Virus record (IMG/VR): IMGVR_UViG_3300038530_001000 | Location: 1 to 54,267 of that record | Reading direction: 5' to 3' (one strand) | From: a virus | Taxonomy: Duplodnaviria > Caudoviricetes | DNA: 54,267 nucleotides | Part shown: in pieces, positions 42,897-53,066 of the stretch | How the letters are laid out: every line of letters begins with the position of its first letter | How positions within the stretch are numbered: the stretch's first letter is position 1 | Notes under the pieces: generated by a model | Database searches by the model: none | Told to the model about the DNA's origin: nothing | The model's input: the letters and a program-made list of their open reading frames with translations, nothing else | Translations under genes and position numbers: made by a program

Positions 42897-45236
42897 TTAG
42901 GTGGATTCCCTAACCCTGTAACCACCTATTGACATATCTCCTGTCGATCCTTCAGATTGTCTGGAGGCTGTCAGATCGCTCTGTAAGTTAGCTCCCAAAG
43001 CGCCAGCGTATTCTACTATCGCTCTATTAAACTCGTCTCTAATTCCTTTCTCTCCTAAACGAGCTACTGTTACATCGTCTAATGACCTGATGAATTCCTT
43101 AGCTGCATCAATCGCTGCCCTTCTCAGCAGCCCTTGCTCTCTTTCAGAATCTTGTGCCAGTCTTGCTGCTTGCAGATCTCTATCTGCTGCCATCTTGGCG
43201 ATGACTTTTTCTGCTTCAGCAGCTTTGCTGAAAGCCATGGATTCTGCTTGACGAACAGCAATGCCGTAGCCTTTCAAAGCCTCCACTTCAGCGGCTATAG
43301 CCTTGATCTCATCTGCACTTTGCTCAAGATCATTCTGATAAGCAGCGTCAACCTGAGATTTCTTGAGACCCATCTGTGCTGCTTGCTGTTTTGCCTTCAA
43401 AGCCCTGCGCTCAGCATTGCTTGCAGCAGCAGCTTTAGCCGCACCACTCAAACCAGCACTCAAGTCACCCTTAGCTATGCCAGCACCTAGAGCAATCAGC
43501 GCCTGACTGCCACGCTCCTTTTTCAAAGCATCTATCTCTGGTTGCATTTGAGCTTCATACTCTGCAATCAAAGTGCTGTAGTCGAGAGTTGGTCTTTCTC
43601 GGTTCCTAATAGCTTTGGCTAACGAAGAGGATTTTGCTTTAATCTGACCGACTATTGATTCATCGCCCACCATTGATTCTAGGAAATCATCCGTAAGCGT
43701 TTCTGTTACGGATCTCAATCGCTGACCCTCTGCACTAGCACCTGTACCTTGTTTGGCTCCACCCCCTGCATCTGGTGTAGGTGTATCCTTGGGGCCAGCG
43801 GTGTTCGCTCCAGGCACTACTTGCTCTGGTGTCCCTGACAAGCTGGCAGTGGAATCCGCTGCACCTGCAAGCTCTTGTGTCTCTTGCACTGCGTCATCCT
43901 CATCCAATCTACTGCCATCTTGCGCTTGTGGGCCTGGTAAACCTTGTTGTCTTAATGATTGCTCAGCGAGTTTAACGATATCAATCGTTTGCGTTGGTAA
44001 CGGAGAAGCCAAAGCACTATCTAAACCAGTCCCTTCTAACGAAGCAATCATCCGTTCATAATTTTCTGGAGAGAAGGGCGTCTGCTGTGGTTGATTAGCC
44101 TGAGTTATCATCTGTTGAACTGGGCTGTCAGAATATCTTTCTCTCGCCTGTAGCATCGGTTTAGTGTCTTGCGTCAGGAAATCTGGAATTATCGGTGCAT
44201 CTGCCTGGCGCTTTTGAATCCTTTCAATCATTTGCTGCATAGAAGCTTGCCTGTCAGTCAACTGCTCTGGAGCAGTAGGCATCTTGATCACATCTCCTTG
44301 CATGGGAAGAGGATCACTAGTCATCGATGATGGCGCAGTCCCGCTGACATTGGTTGGCGCTGGCACATCAGATCCAAACAAATTGCCAACACTCCTAGTT
44401 CCTGGCGCAGCCGGAGGAGCAAGAGCGGTGTTAATTAGATTGACGAGGGATGTGTCTGGCGATGCCATGTTTGGCACACTTGCGGCAACAGGCGCTGCGC
44501 TAAGAGGTGCAGCAGCAGTCGCAGAGGTTGGTGCTGGCATATCAGAACCAAAAAGATTGCCGACACTTCTACCACCTGTAGCTGGTGGAGGAGCTAACGC
44601 TTGATTGATGAAGCTAGTCGCCCGATCAAGCATAGAGTCCTCTTCAAACTCCCTACCGAACGGGATGTCTCTAGGAGCCATCGATGCAGGCTGATACACA
44701 GGAGTGCCAACATTTGCCTGAATGTTAGCCATTTCAGAATCATCAGAATAAAGAGTGTTGATGAAGTCAGAAAGCCCAAATTTTGAGGCTAAATCTATTG
44801 CCTCCTGATAGCCCAAGCCTAAATTTTTAGCCTGCCTAAATTGATCCTGAAGACCAGGCACTTGCATACCGTTCGCCATCTGGACAACACCACCTTCAAA
44901 CATCCCCATCGGTGGCTGATCCATAGGCATGGGCTGCTGCATACCTTGGGGCATCGACTGCTGCATGGCTTGAGGCATGGGTTGCTGCATACCCATCATG
45001 GCTGATTGCATCTGCGGCTCTGGTGGTGCCATTGCAGCAATGCCTTCCTGTATTACCTGATCCTTAACTGTGCCCTGTGGCTGTCTCTCAGAGAACCGCT
45101 TACGCATATCACCTCGTCGCTGTATCTCAGATACAACTAGGAACTGAGGCACTCGACCTGATGGCATCTGCGCCTCTCGCTGTAAGGCTTGATCAGGCAA
45201 GCCTTTGATCATGTCTTCGATTTCTAAGATGTTCAT
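42897..45236 (-). CDS. Internal virion / ejection protein
   Basis: 779 aa, low-complexity Pro/Gln/Met centre, ALIALGAGIA segment, coiled-coil C-terminus. Confidence 0.7.
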   Translation of the reverse strand: MNILEIEDMIKGLPDQALQREAQMPSGRVPQFLVVSEIQRRGDMRKRFSERQPQGTVKDQVIQEGIAAMAPPEPQMQSAMMGMQQPMPQAMQQSMPQGMQQPMPMDQPPMGMFEGGVVQMANGMQVPGLQDQFRQAKNLGLGYQEAIDLASKFGLSDFINTLYSDDSEMANIQANVGTPVYQPASMAPRDIPFGREFEEDSMLDRATSFINQALAPPPATGGRSVGNLFGSDMPAPTSATAAAPLSAAPVAASVPNMASPDTSLVNLINTALAPPAAPGTRSVGNLFGSDVPAPTNVSGTAPSSMTSDPLPMQGDVIKMPTAPEQLTDRQASMQQMIERIQKRQADAPIIPDFLTQDTKPMLQARERYSDSPVQQMITQANQPQQTPFSPENYERMIASLEGTGLDSALASPLPTQTIDIVKLAEQSLRQQGLPGPQAQDGSRLDEDDAVQETQELAGAADSTASLSGTPEQVVPGANTAGPKDTPTPDAGGGAKQGTGASAEGQRLRSVTETLTDDFLESMVGDESIVGQIKAKSSSLAKAIRNRERPTLDYSTLIAEYEAQMQPEIDALKKERGSQALIALGAGIAKGDLSAGLSGAAKAAAASNAERRALKAKQQAAQMGLKKSQVDAAYQNDLEQSADEIKAIAAEVEALKGYGIAVRQAESMAFSKAAEAEKVIAKMAADRDLQAARLAQDSEREQGLLRRAAIDAAKEFIRSLDDVTVARLGEKGIRDEFNRAIVEYAGALGANLQSDLTASRQSEGSTGDMSIGGYRVREST

Positions 45237-47026
45237 TAGCCGCCTCGCAATGCGTTATACAGACCTACGCCGCCGATGCCTGCACCCAGTAGCTGTTGAG
45301 TTTCGCTTGGGCCACCGAACGTGGCAGTGGTTGTTCCTGGTGTAACGGGCAGTCCTTGTAATAACTGACTGAAGAAAGCAAGCTGCTCTCTTGGAAACGC
45401 CTGCTGACGTAGGAAGTCCTGATATCCGAGATCCAAGCCGCGTTGCTGTAGCTCCCGCTGTATCTGTCCCGCTGCCTGCAAGTTACGCAGACGATCAAAC
45501 GCCATACGCTGCTCGTCGGTGCCAAGCTGTCCCAGCAATCTAGCTGCATCAAGTTGCTGCCCTCTGGTAGCGCGATCTGCCTCCAGACCAGCAAGACCCA
45601 GCCTTGCTCTGGTCTCTTCAAGCTGCGCCTGCTCTTGACGTGCTCGCATACGCGCTTCGTTTTCTGCTTGGTTGACACGCTCTTGAAGCTCTTGTGCGCT
45701 CAGTCCAAGACGTGCAGCTTCTTGTCTTGCTGCTTCTCTGGCTTGGAATACAGCACGATCCTCTTGCTGTTGCGCCAAACGCAACTGTTGATTCTGAGCA
45801 AAGGCATCTTGTTGGAATCGCTCTTGCGCTTGTCTGGCAGCATCCTCTTGCTGCTGAGCAGTCATGCCCATCTCGGCTGCACGTTGACGTGCCTGCTCGC
45901 CTGCTTGGAAAGCTTGTTGTTGGAACTGCTCTCTCTGGGCTGCAACGTCGGCAGTCTGACCAAATGCAGCTTGTCTGAATTGTTCCTGCGCTTGTCGTGC
46001 TGCGTCTTCCTGCTGCTGGGCTGTCATACCCATTTCAGCCGCCCTCTGCCTAGCTTGCTCACCAGTCTGGAACGCTTGCTGCCTGAACTGCTCTGCCTGT
46101 TGTGCCGCTCTTTCTCGTTGCTCTGATGCGGTCAAACCGAATTGTGCTTCTTGCAATCTAGCGGCCCGATCAGCCTCAAATGCTTGTTGTGCTTGCTCAA
46201 ATGCAGCCTGACTACCGCGAGTTTGTATATCAGCCAACTGTTGACCTAGGTTACGCTCACGCTCTGCTTGCATGATCGCCTCTCGATACCCGCCCAATCC
46301 GCCAGCTTGTGCGGCTGTTTGTGATATCTCAGCGGCCTGTATGTCAGACTGACGTTGCGCCTCACGCTTTTCGATATCCGTTACCAACTGCTGGTAAGGA
46401 TTCATGTAAGACTCTAACGTTGCAGGGTCAGCGATAGTGCCTGCTTGAAACCCCGGCCCTAAATCCACTTGCCCTGTGTATTGAGACTGGATATCTCTTG
46501 CTTGATACAGAGGGTCAAAACGACCAGCTTGGTATCCTGATTCTAGGGGGCCAACATCAAACCCAGACTGGCGCTCACGGGCTTGATACATTGGGTCAAA
46601 GGCACCCGCCTGATATCCAACATCACGCTGTCCTGCTTGGAATCCCTGCCCCAAAAATCCAGCGTCGTAGCCAGTGCCGATGTCTCCCGCTTGGTACTCA
46701 GAAAACTGCATGGGAGGTCTGAATCCTCTAGCAACATCCATCCCAGCACCAACGCCTTGGAATCCCACACCTGTGGCTATATCTGATGCAGACCTGATCT
46801 GTTGTGGTGTGCCAGCTTGTGCTATCTCAGCCATGCCCTGCATACCCGCCTGCTCGAATGGCGAGAACTCTGCTAGACGCTGACCTGGAAAGGTTTCGTA
46901 AGGTCGTGTCGATTCATATACCGTTCTACCCAGAAGCTCTTCATAAAATGGTTGAGCGTATTCTGGTAGATTTGTTTGTGTTACGACGCTCTCTTGTACG
47001 CCGCCGCCGCCACTACTCTTACCCAT
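45236..47026 (-). CDS. DNA pilot / ejection protein with Gln/Ala-rich repeats
   Basis: MGKSSGGGG start, LPEYAQP, YMNPYQQ, repeated QARQRAAEMGMTAQQQEDAARQAQE, C-terminal QLLGAGIGGVGLY. Confidence 0.75.
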   Translation of the reverse strand: MGKSSGGGGVQESVVTQTNLPEYAQPFYEELLGRTVYESTRPYETFPGQRLAEFSPFEQAGMQGMAEIAQAGTPQQIRSASDIATGVGFQGVGAGMDVARGFRPPMQFSEYQAGDIGTGYDAGFLGQGFQAGQRDVGYQAGAFDPMYQARERQSGFDVGPLESGYQAGRFDPLYQARDIQSQYTGQVDLGPGFQAGTIADPATLESYMNPYQQLVTDIEKREAQRQSDIQAAEISQTAAQAGGLGGYREAIMQAERERNLGQQLADIQTRGSQAAFEQAQQAFEADRAARLQEAQFGLTASEQRERAAQQAEQFRQQAFQTGEQARQRAAEMGMTAQQQEDAARQAQEQFRQAAFGQTADVAAQREQFQQQAFQAGEQARQRAAEMGMTAQQQEDAARQAQERFQQDAFAQNQQLRLAQQQEDRAVFQAREAARQEAARLGLSAQELQERVNQAENEARMRARQEQAQLEETRARLGLAGLEADRATRGQQLDAARLLGQLGTDEQRMAFDRLRNLQAAGQIQRELQQRGLDLGYQDFLRQQAFPREQLAFFSQLLQGLPVTPGTTTATFGGPSETQQLLGAGIGGVGLYNALRGG

Positions 47027-47533
47027 TTACAAACTCCTCTCGTATACGACATACGATCTACTGAAGTCATCTTGCTCCAGCCACTTCCAAAATCCCATAC
47101 GGGCAGTGGCCTCTATGCCTGTGCAATCGTTGTCTCTACCGAAATCCTTAAACTTCTCTAACATATCCCAGACCCAATCGTTAAAACGATCACCACCTAA
47201 AAACTGAACCGCGATCATGCGCTTCTCTGGATACTGCAATATCTCTGTGGTGCCTACACCATCTATGTTGTTCTCGGCATCGAACGCAAGCCAAAGCTGT
47301 TGATTGCCGTTGAGTATTGATGCGTACAAGAACTCCATATTCCATCTGCCGTGTGAACGCTTAATCGCTCTAGCAAGCTGCTCTCTGACATCAGGCCACA
47401 AACTGTTCAGATAGTTGGGGGGCACCATCGTTATCGTGTGTGTGATCTCTCTAGGCGCATCCTTGCGGCAAACCTTTGGCTCTCTGGATAGGTCTTTGAT
47501 CTTGCTTTCATCAAACTCTAAGAGACTGTTCAT
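47027..47533 (-). CDS. Conserved protein, putative GNAT-like fold
   Basis: QLWL...TTEILQYP...FLGG...C.GIE...R.GFWK. Confidence 0.6.
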   Translation of the reverse strand: MNSLLEFDESKIKDLSREPKVCRKDAPREITHTITMVPPNYLNSLWPDVREQLARAIKRSHGRWNMEFLYASILNGNQQLWLAFDAENNIDGVGTTEILQYPEKRMIAVQFLGGDRFNDWVWDMLEKFKDFGRDNDCTGIEATARMGFWKWLEQDDFSRSYVVYERSL

Positions 47534-49461
47534 GCAGGCAAAGCTCCTCCTGCCATAGCACCGAGAGGTGCAGGTTGTTTAGTGGTGCCAGTGCGCTCTT
47601 GTCGCACCCGATCCATCATACCCTCAAGCTCTTGCACACCAGCGTTGGTGTCACCGTCTCCGATGCCGGACACAACATCAGCAGGCACGATAAACTCACC
47701 TGGAGAAACCGCTACGGGCTGAGAGTCTCCAATCATCCCCTGCACTTGATCATCCATGCCACCGCCTTGACCCGTTATTACGCCCTCCTTTTGTGAGTTA
47801 GGGACAACGGATTCGAGTACCTGTGATCGCAGCATTTGGAAAGCCTCAGACCCGAACTCATCTATGAATCGGTTGATTACGGCCTCCGACTCTTCTTCTG
47901 ACAATCTGCCGAGCAGAGCCATAGAAACCTGTTCTATTAGACGCATAGCTGCCTGCTGCGTCATTTCGGTTTCTCCACCCTCTTGCATTCTTGTGGCGTA
48001 TTGCGATCCGTATGTAGCATCTATGATGTCATCGAAATAATCCTGATCACCTTCAAGCTCGCCAGCCTCATATGCATCAACTATCTTCTGTGCCTCACGT
48101 CTCCTCCTGCTTATTCCCTTTTTGGGAGCGCGACCCTCAAGAACTCTTTGTGCCCTTCTGACCTCTGCCGGAACTGAACGAGCCATCCCCGTACCACCAG
48201 CTTTACCGATGCCACCTATGCCTTGCATTAAAGCGGGATCGATTTGTGGTGTGGTGCCCGGAGCCGGAGTTCCTGGTGTTGGCACACCTGTCTGATCTGA
48301 TGTCACGAAAGGACTTCTGAAGTAACTAATCTCAGGATCAAAGCCCGGCCTATAATTCATGGGCAACTCGCTTGGAGTCTTTACTGGGCCGCGCAGACTA
48401 GCTTGTCTTGCAACAATCTGTACTGGTTGTAGAGCACGATTAACATCGATGTCTCTTATGTCGCCACCATATCTCATCTGCATAGGCTCTCTGCCCATCA
48501 TCTGCAACTCGTTGTATCGGCGCTGGAAGTCAGAAGGGTCAACGGATGTGATGCCACCTTGTGCCGCATACTGTGCGCCGTAGTTCAAACCATAGTCAGA
48601 TGCTACCTGTCCCGTTGCAGTGGTTAGTATATCTCTTGACCGTCTTAGATCTTCTTCTCTATCAGCGGCTCTTCTGCCGAACATACGATCACGCTCGTCT
48701 TGAGCAGCCATCGCCGCCCGTTGTCCCTCGCCTATGGCGATAGGTGCTGCAACTCCTGGAGACAATAAATTCTTGCCTGCCTCCATGGCGAACTTTCCAG
48801 GTTGATCTAAAAATGCTTGACCCAGACCTCTTTCAGCAGCAGCCCTTGCTGTTTGCTCTTGCAGTTGGGCAGTAGCAACGTCCTTGGTAGCTTGAGAAGC
48901 AGCGTCTTGAGCCGCTTGGATAGCAGCTTCTCTAGTTCCGCCCTCGACTAAACTTTGTGCTCCAGTCTTAGCTACGTTGCCAACAGTCTCTGCCGCCAAT
49001 GCTTCTGTGGCAGCGGTCTTTGCGGCTGCTTCTGTGACTGCGGGGTCTAAGGCTTGAGCCGCACTTCCCAAAGCTTTACCAATACCGAAACCTGTAAGGC
49101 CAGAGATTAATCCCTCTTTCAGGTCTCCAGTAACCGCTGCTGTAGCGAGACCAGAGCCTATGGCCCCTGCGGCTGCTGAACTAAGAGCGCCTCCTCCTAG
49201 AATGCCTGGAAGTGCTGCTCCTGTAAGAAATGTAGATCCTGCCAAACTACCTAAAAGTGGAGCTAGAAAGGGCAAGAATGCTTCAGGCTGTCCCGTCATC
49301 GGGTTGGTTGTAAGCTGCCCTGTGGGCGACAGAGAGGCGATACCAGCCACTTCTATCGGATTCATGTGTACCATCATGCTGTCGCCAAAACGGCCTTGCT
49401 GGGCCATCTGATCAGCCATGGCTTGCATGGGCGGTTGTGGCATTGGGTTTTGATACATCAT
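47530..49461 (-). CDS. Internal virion protein
   Basis: N-terminal GRFGDSMMVHMNP.E...TTNP.TG.PEAF, hydrophobic Gly/Ala segment, C-terminal G.GGGMDD...VSPGEFIVPADVVS.IGDG domain. Confidence 0.75.
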   Translation of the reverse strand: MMYQNPMPQPPMQAMADQMAQQGRFGDSMMVHMNPIEVAGIASLSPTGQLTTNPMTGQPEAFLPFLAPLLGSLAGSTFLTGAALPGILGGGALSSAAAGAIGSGLATAAVTGDLKEGLISGLTGFGIGKALGSAAQALDPAVTEAAAKTAATEALAAETVGNVAKTGAQSLVEGGTREAAIQAAQDAASQATKDVATAQLQEQTARAAAERGLGQAFLDQPGKFAMEAGKNLLSPGVAAPIAIGEGQRAAMAAQDERDRMFGRRAADREEDLRRSRDILTTATGQVASDYGLNYGAQYAAQGGITSVDPSDFQRRYNELQMMGREPMQMRYGGDIRDIDVNRALQPVQIVARQASLRGPVKTPSELPMNYRPGFDPEISYFRSPFVTSDQTGVPTPGTPAPGTTPQIDPALMQGIGGIGKAGGTGMARSVPAEVRRAQRVLEGRAPKKGISRRRREAQKIVDAYEAGELEGDQDYFDDIIDATYGSQYATRMQEGGETEMTQQAAMRLIEQVSMALLGRLSEEESEAVINRFIDEFGSEAFQMLRSQVLESVVPNSQKEGVITGQGGGMDDQVQGMIGDSQPVAVSPGEFIVPADVVSGIGDGDTNAGVQELEGMMDRVRQERTGTTKQPAPLGAMAGGALPA

Positions 49462-49790
49462 TAGCTCGTCTCCACTCCGAAGAGATTGAATGAGAAGTCT
49501 CCTGAACTAGCGTACACCTTCACCACATCTGTCTGGCTTAGGCATATACCGATGACTACCGTTCTAGTGGTGGTAGCCGCTAAGTCTTCATCGTAAAAAA
49601 TAAACTGCTTGTTGTCGGCAGTAGCCCCACCAACGTGGATGCTGACCCGAAAGGTGCCAGAAGAACCGCCCCTGTTAACAGCTACTAAAGAACTGACGGT
49701 TGTTTGTGTGAGATCTGGAACTGTATATAGCGTGGTCGTGGTTGTGGCGCTTGGCGCTACTTGACCTAATACCTTGATGACATCCGTCAC
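49461..49790 (-). CDS. Small virion structural protein
   Basis: KVLGQVAP..TT.TTLYTVP...S...N...FRV...SFNLFGVE. Confidence 0.7.
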   Translation of the reverse strand: MTDVIKVLGQVAPSATTTTTLYTVPDLTQTTVSSLVAVNRGGSSGTFRVSIHVGGATADNKQFIFYDEDLAATTTRTVVIGICLSQTDVVKVYASSGDFSFNLFGVETS

Positions 49791-49981
49791 GATGCACCCA
49801 TCAACAAGAACTGAAACCGACGCATAGCAAGAGACCCTGGCTTATCGCCCTGAGTCTTGGCTAGTTCTACATCGTTTTCTATCTGATCTAACGCCTGCTC
49901 CAACGTGCGTCGAGTGATCGCTTCGTTACTAACGTCGTACTCTGGTGCAGGCACTGGCAATGGATTCTGTCGTGTTGCCAT
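49787..49981 (-). CDS. Small tail protein
   Basis: LP.PAPEYD...RR.LEQ; follows nozzle gene. Confidence 0.65.
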   Translation of the reverse strand: MATRQNPLPVPAPEYDVSNEAITRRTLEQALDQIENDVELAKTQGDKPGSLAMRRFQFLLMGAS

Positions 49982-51837
49982 TAGCGCCTACCGTCCTGTC
50001 GCATGTCGAATCGCAAATCACCTAGTCGCCAGCCGTAACCAAGTCCAGAACTCTCAATACGCACCACTGCGTGTCGTGCTCGAGTCCTAATGTTGGACTG
50101 TGTGGTGCTCGATGTAACTGTTGCTGTGGCCTGTGTTGTCGGCGTCTCTAGCGGGAAGTTGCTGCCTTTGATCGTAAAGTCCACAGACGCATCCGAGGTC
50201 AACCCGCTAAACTTGAAGTCAGGAACAATGCGGCTTATCATCATAAACCTATCGCCCTCCCCGATCTCCAGATCTCCTGATTCTACAAACGCAGTCATCG
50301 CTGACCCATCGTCATCGAAGCCTGTTTCGTGGTTGTACAAGAAGTTTGCGTCCGTCACACCCGTGTTCACAGATGACGCTATCGGATTGGAGTTTTGTGA
50401 GTATCCGATCCAAGCACCTCGATCTAGTGTGCCGACAGCCCAAAGATTCTCTGCGTAGTTGTAAGACACATAGTTCGTAATCTCTGTGTTGTCGGTGCCT
50501 ACAGGGTAAAACCAGATCACCTCTGAAAAGTCATTGTTCTCAGCAGCAAACACCTTGAACGCTTGGCCCTTGTTCAGGTTAGAGAACACATGCTCCTTCA
50601 CACTGCATGGCAGTGGCTGCACCGAACCGTTGTAGACATAGAACCCACCAGAGTCCATGAAGTACACCGCACCTCTGGCGTTGACCGCTGCGTTAGGCGA
50701 GATCATAGATATATCGGTGCTAAGCGTTGCAAACTGAAATGTAAAAGGCGCACCCGTGAAGCGCATAGAATGCAGGCTCACGTCGGTAAAGATCAGTATC
50801 TCTTGTCGTGTTTGCACCGCACCAACTATCTGGGAGCCTGAGTTGATCCGTACACCACCGGCTGTATTAGTGGCTGTAGGTGTCCAGTCAGCCGCATTCT
50901 CTTGATCAGAGAATCTTACAAGCAGCGGGTCTATGTTTGATGAGCCTATCGGATTCACACCAAACGCAATGACGTGCTGATCGATATCAGATACTAGAAC
51001 CTGCAATGCCACAGTCGGTACATTAGAAGCACCCGCCAGTGCGGTGGCGTTGATGGCTCTCGCACCTGTGCCAGATGATTCATCCCAGTAGTAGATGCCG
51101 CCACCACGGACATTGAAGATTAGATCCTCGCCAAAGTTATCTTGACTGAATAGTCTTAGCTGACCGGCAGCAGCAATACTGCTGGAACTACCCCAAGTGC
51201 CAGAACCCCATGTGCCTGCTCCCCAACCTGTGCCCTGAACGAATGTATTGAGACCTGTGTTGATCTGATAGGTTGCAACCGTCGAACTACCACCATTACC
51301 TGTGTCACTTGAGTTAGCCGTGACAGCAGCACCGCTTGTGTCCTTGGCCTCAATGGTGAATGTGTTTGTCGTGGGCACAGACGCGATCTGATATTCCTGA
51401 TTAAGAACAGTCGCGGTGATGTTGCCTCCGAGTGTTGCCGCATCACTGAACGTCACAAAATCGTTGACCACTGCGCCGTGTGCATTCTCAGTCACAGTGA
51501 TAGTGGATGACCCATCGGTTGCGGCAAACGTGGCATCGCCAGCACCTGATGTCAGCCTGATCGGTGTGACATCGTTATACCCAGAACCCTCTGCCACATA
51601 GAACTTTAGGTTGGTGCCAATCCCAATGTAGTTGATAGATTCTAGTGATGACCAGTTATGCAGTGATCGGCATACGCCCAGAAAACTAGCGTCACTGTAC
51701 TTTGTCCAGCCACCGATCTTTTCCACTCGGCCTTTGCGGAATCGAATCTTGTCAGAGTCGAACCAGCCAGCGTCTGCTGTATACTCAGTTCCCTCTTTGT
51801 TAACGCCTGGGGCGAACTGTACCTTCGCCAGCGTCAT
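49981..51837 (-). CDS. Tail nozzle / stabilisation protein (P22 gp10 / T7 gp12-like)
   Basis: 618 aa; PGVNKEGT, W.D.DKIRFR.G..EKIGGW, DNFGEDL, VRFSDQE, EVIWFYP, WRLG..RFD...DGRR. Confidence 0.8.
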   Translation of the reverse strand: MTLAKVQFAPGVNKEGTEYTADAGWFDSDKIRFRKGRVEKIGGWTKYSDASFLGVCRSLHNWSSLESINYIGIGTNLKFYVAEGSGYNDVTPIRLTSGAGDATFAATDGSSTITVTENAHGAVVNDFVTFSDAATLGGNITATVLNQEYQIASVPTTNTFTIEAKDTSGAAVTANSSDTGNGGSSTVATYQINTGLNTFVQGTGWGAGTWGSGTWGSSSSIAAAGQLRLFSQDNFGEDLIFNVRGGGIYYWDESSGTGARAINATALAGASNVPTVALQVLVSDIDQHVIAFGVNPIGSSNIDPLLVRFSDQENAADWTPTATNTAGGVRINSGSQIVGAVQTRQEILIFTDVSLHSMRFTGAPFTFQFATLSTDISMISPNAAVNARGAVYFMDSGGFYVYNGSVQPLPCSVKEHVFSNLNKGQAFKVFAAENNDFSEVIWFYPVGTDNTEITNYVSYNYAENLWAVGTLDRGAWIGYSQNSNPIASSVNTGVTDANFLYNHETGFDDDGSAMTAFVESGDLEIGEGDRFMMISRIVPDFKFSGLTSDASVDFTIKGSNFPLETPTTQATATVTSSTTQSNIRTRARHAVVRIESSGLGYGWRLGDLRFDMRQDGRR

Positions 51838-52647
51838 CTAACGTCTACCCACCAGTGATGCGATACCTGAATGTATACCTACAGGGCCGCCCGTCGCCTT
51901 CCCGACGTTCATTGTTGGCCTTATGTTTGGCGTCACGCCTAATCCCGTACCCGTCCTGTTTCCTGCGAGTGCTCTCTGTCTGATTGCTTCTTCAGGTGTT
52001 TGTGACACAGGACGCGCTGGCCTAGCAGGGATTAAATCCGGCCTTGGCATTATGGGTTGAGAAACTCTGCCAATTCCTGGTTCCCCAAACCTTAGATCAG
52101 ATTCTACTCGGTTTCTCAAGCTTTCTGGGCCTTGAGATCGCATTATCGGCTGGTTTGTTCTGAGGTATTGGCTCGCGTCCATCATCGGAGGAGGCGCTCC
52201 TGTAAAATCTCGGACAGGGGAAGGTGTCTCGATTTGCGCGGGCTGTGGTTGCCTATCCATCACTGGCTCTTGCTCTAACGGCCTAACAGTCCCTGCCCCT
52301 CCCATACCAATTTTTCCTCGACCGATTCTTCCAAAATCTGGACGCCCCGGAGGGGGCGGCATAACTGGTCTTGGGGTCGAGTATAATGATCTTTGAGGGA
52401 ACCCTGTTGCTGGATCAACCATCCTACCGAATGGAGATTGCTGCCCTGAGAGCAAAGCCCCTAACCCTGTAGGAACTCCGTAACTGTAGCTTGGCCGACG
52501 ATAAAAGTTTGTAGCACCCGATCCGTAAAACTGCCCGAATGGAGGTCTAGGCTGCGGCCTGAACATAGGTGAAGAGCCAAATCCTCTGTTTGGAATAGTC
52601 TGAGCAGAACCTTTAGATGCGCTAAGTCCCGGAGTGCTTTTAGCCAT
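51838..52647 (-). CDS. Pro/Arg/Gly-rich low-complexity protein
   Basis: Fills the gap between lysozyme and nozzle; ends KATGGPV...GIASL. Confidence 0.6.
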   Translation of the reverse strand: MAKSTPGLSASKGSAQTIPNRGFGSSPMFRPQPRPPFGQFYGSGATNFYRRPSYSYGVPTGLGALLSGQQSPFGRMVDPATGFPQRSLYSTPRPVMPPPPGRPDFGRIGRGKIGMGGAGTVRPLEQEPVMDRQPQPAQIETPSPVRDFTGAPPPMMDASQYLRTNQPIMRSQGPESLRNRVESDLRFGEPGIGRVSQPIMPRPDLIPARPARPVSQTPEEAIRQRALAGNRTGTGLGVTPNIRPTMNVGKATGGPVGIHSGIASLVGRR

Positions 52648-53066
52648 TATATGTATTCTCCAGATCTAATCATTTCAGTAACACGGATAGCTCTTGTGCC
52701 AACTTGCTGCGCCCACTTGCTATCCATAAACTCATCTGCTGCCACATCGAACTGCTCCCTGCTCATGGCAGTTAAAGCGTTAACAAACCCGCGCAGTTTG
52801 GTAAGACCAAGATTAAAACAAATATCGACCATCGCATCGCGCCTAGCCTCATTCAGTCCACCGAACCAGAAATATGTTTCTTGGAGTTCCTCTCGAACCC
52901 GCTTGATATCGTTGTTGAGAAGATAGTCGATCTCGTCATCAGAAAGCCCTAGGCCAGACTCAGAGATGTTTCTGCCAACACCTATCGTTTCGTAGCCAGC
53001 AGAGCACAGGTAAACCTTTGACTTAACACCCTCATGGCGCTTAATCATTTCGACTAGCTTGCTCAT
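52647..53066 (-). CDS. Endolysin, GH24 / T4-type lysozyme
   Basis: HEG....VY.CSAG..TIGVGRN, FNLG...L..F, DSKWAQQVG.RA; ATG at 53066. Confidence 0.92.
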   Translation of the reverse strand: MSKLVEMIKRHEGVKSKVYLCSAGYETIGVGRNISESGLGLSDDEIDYLLNNDIKRVREELQETYFWFGGLNEARRDAMVDICFNLGLTKLRGFVNALTAMSREQFDVAADEFMDSKWAQQVGTRAIRVTEMIRSGEYI

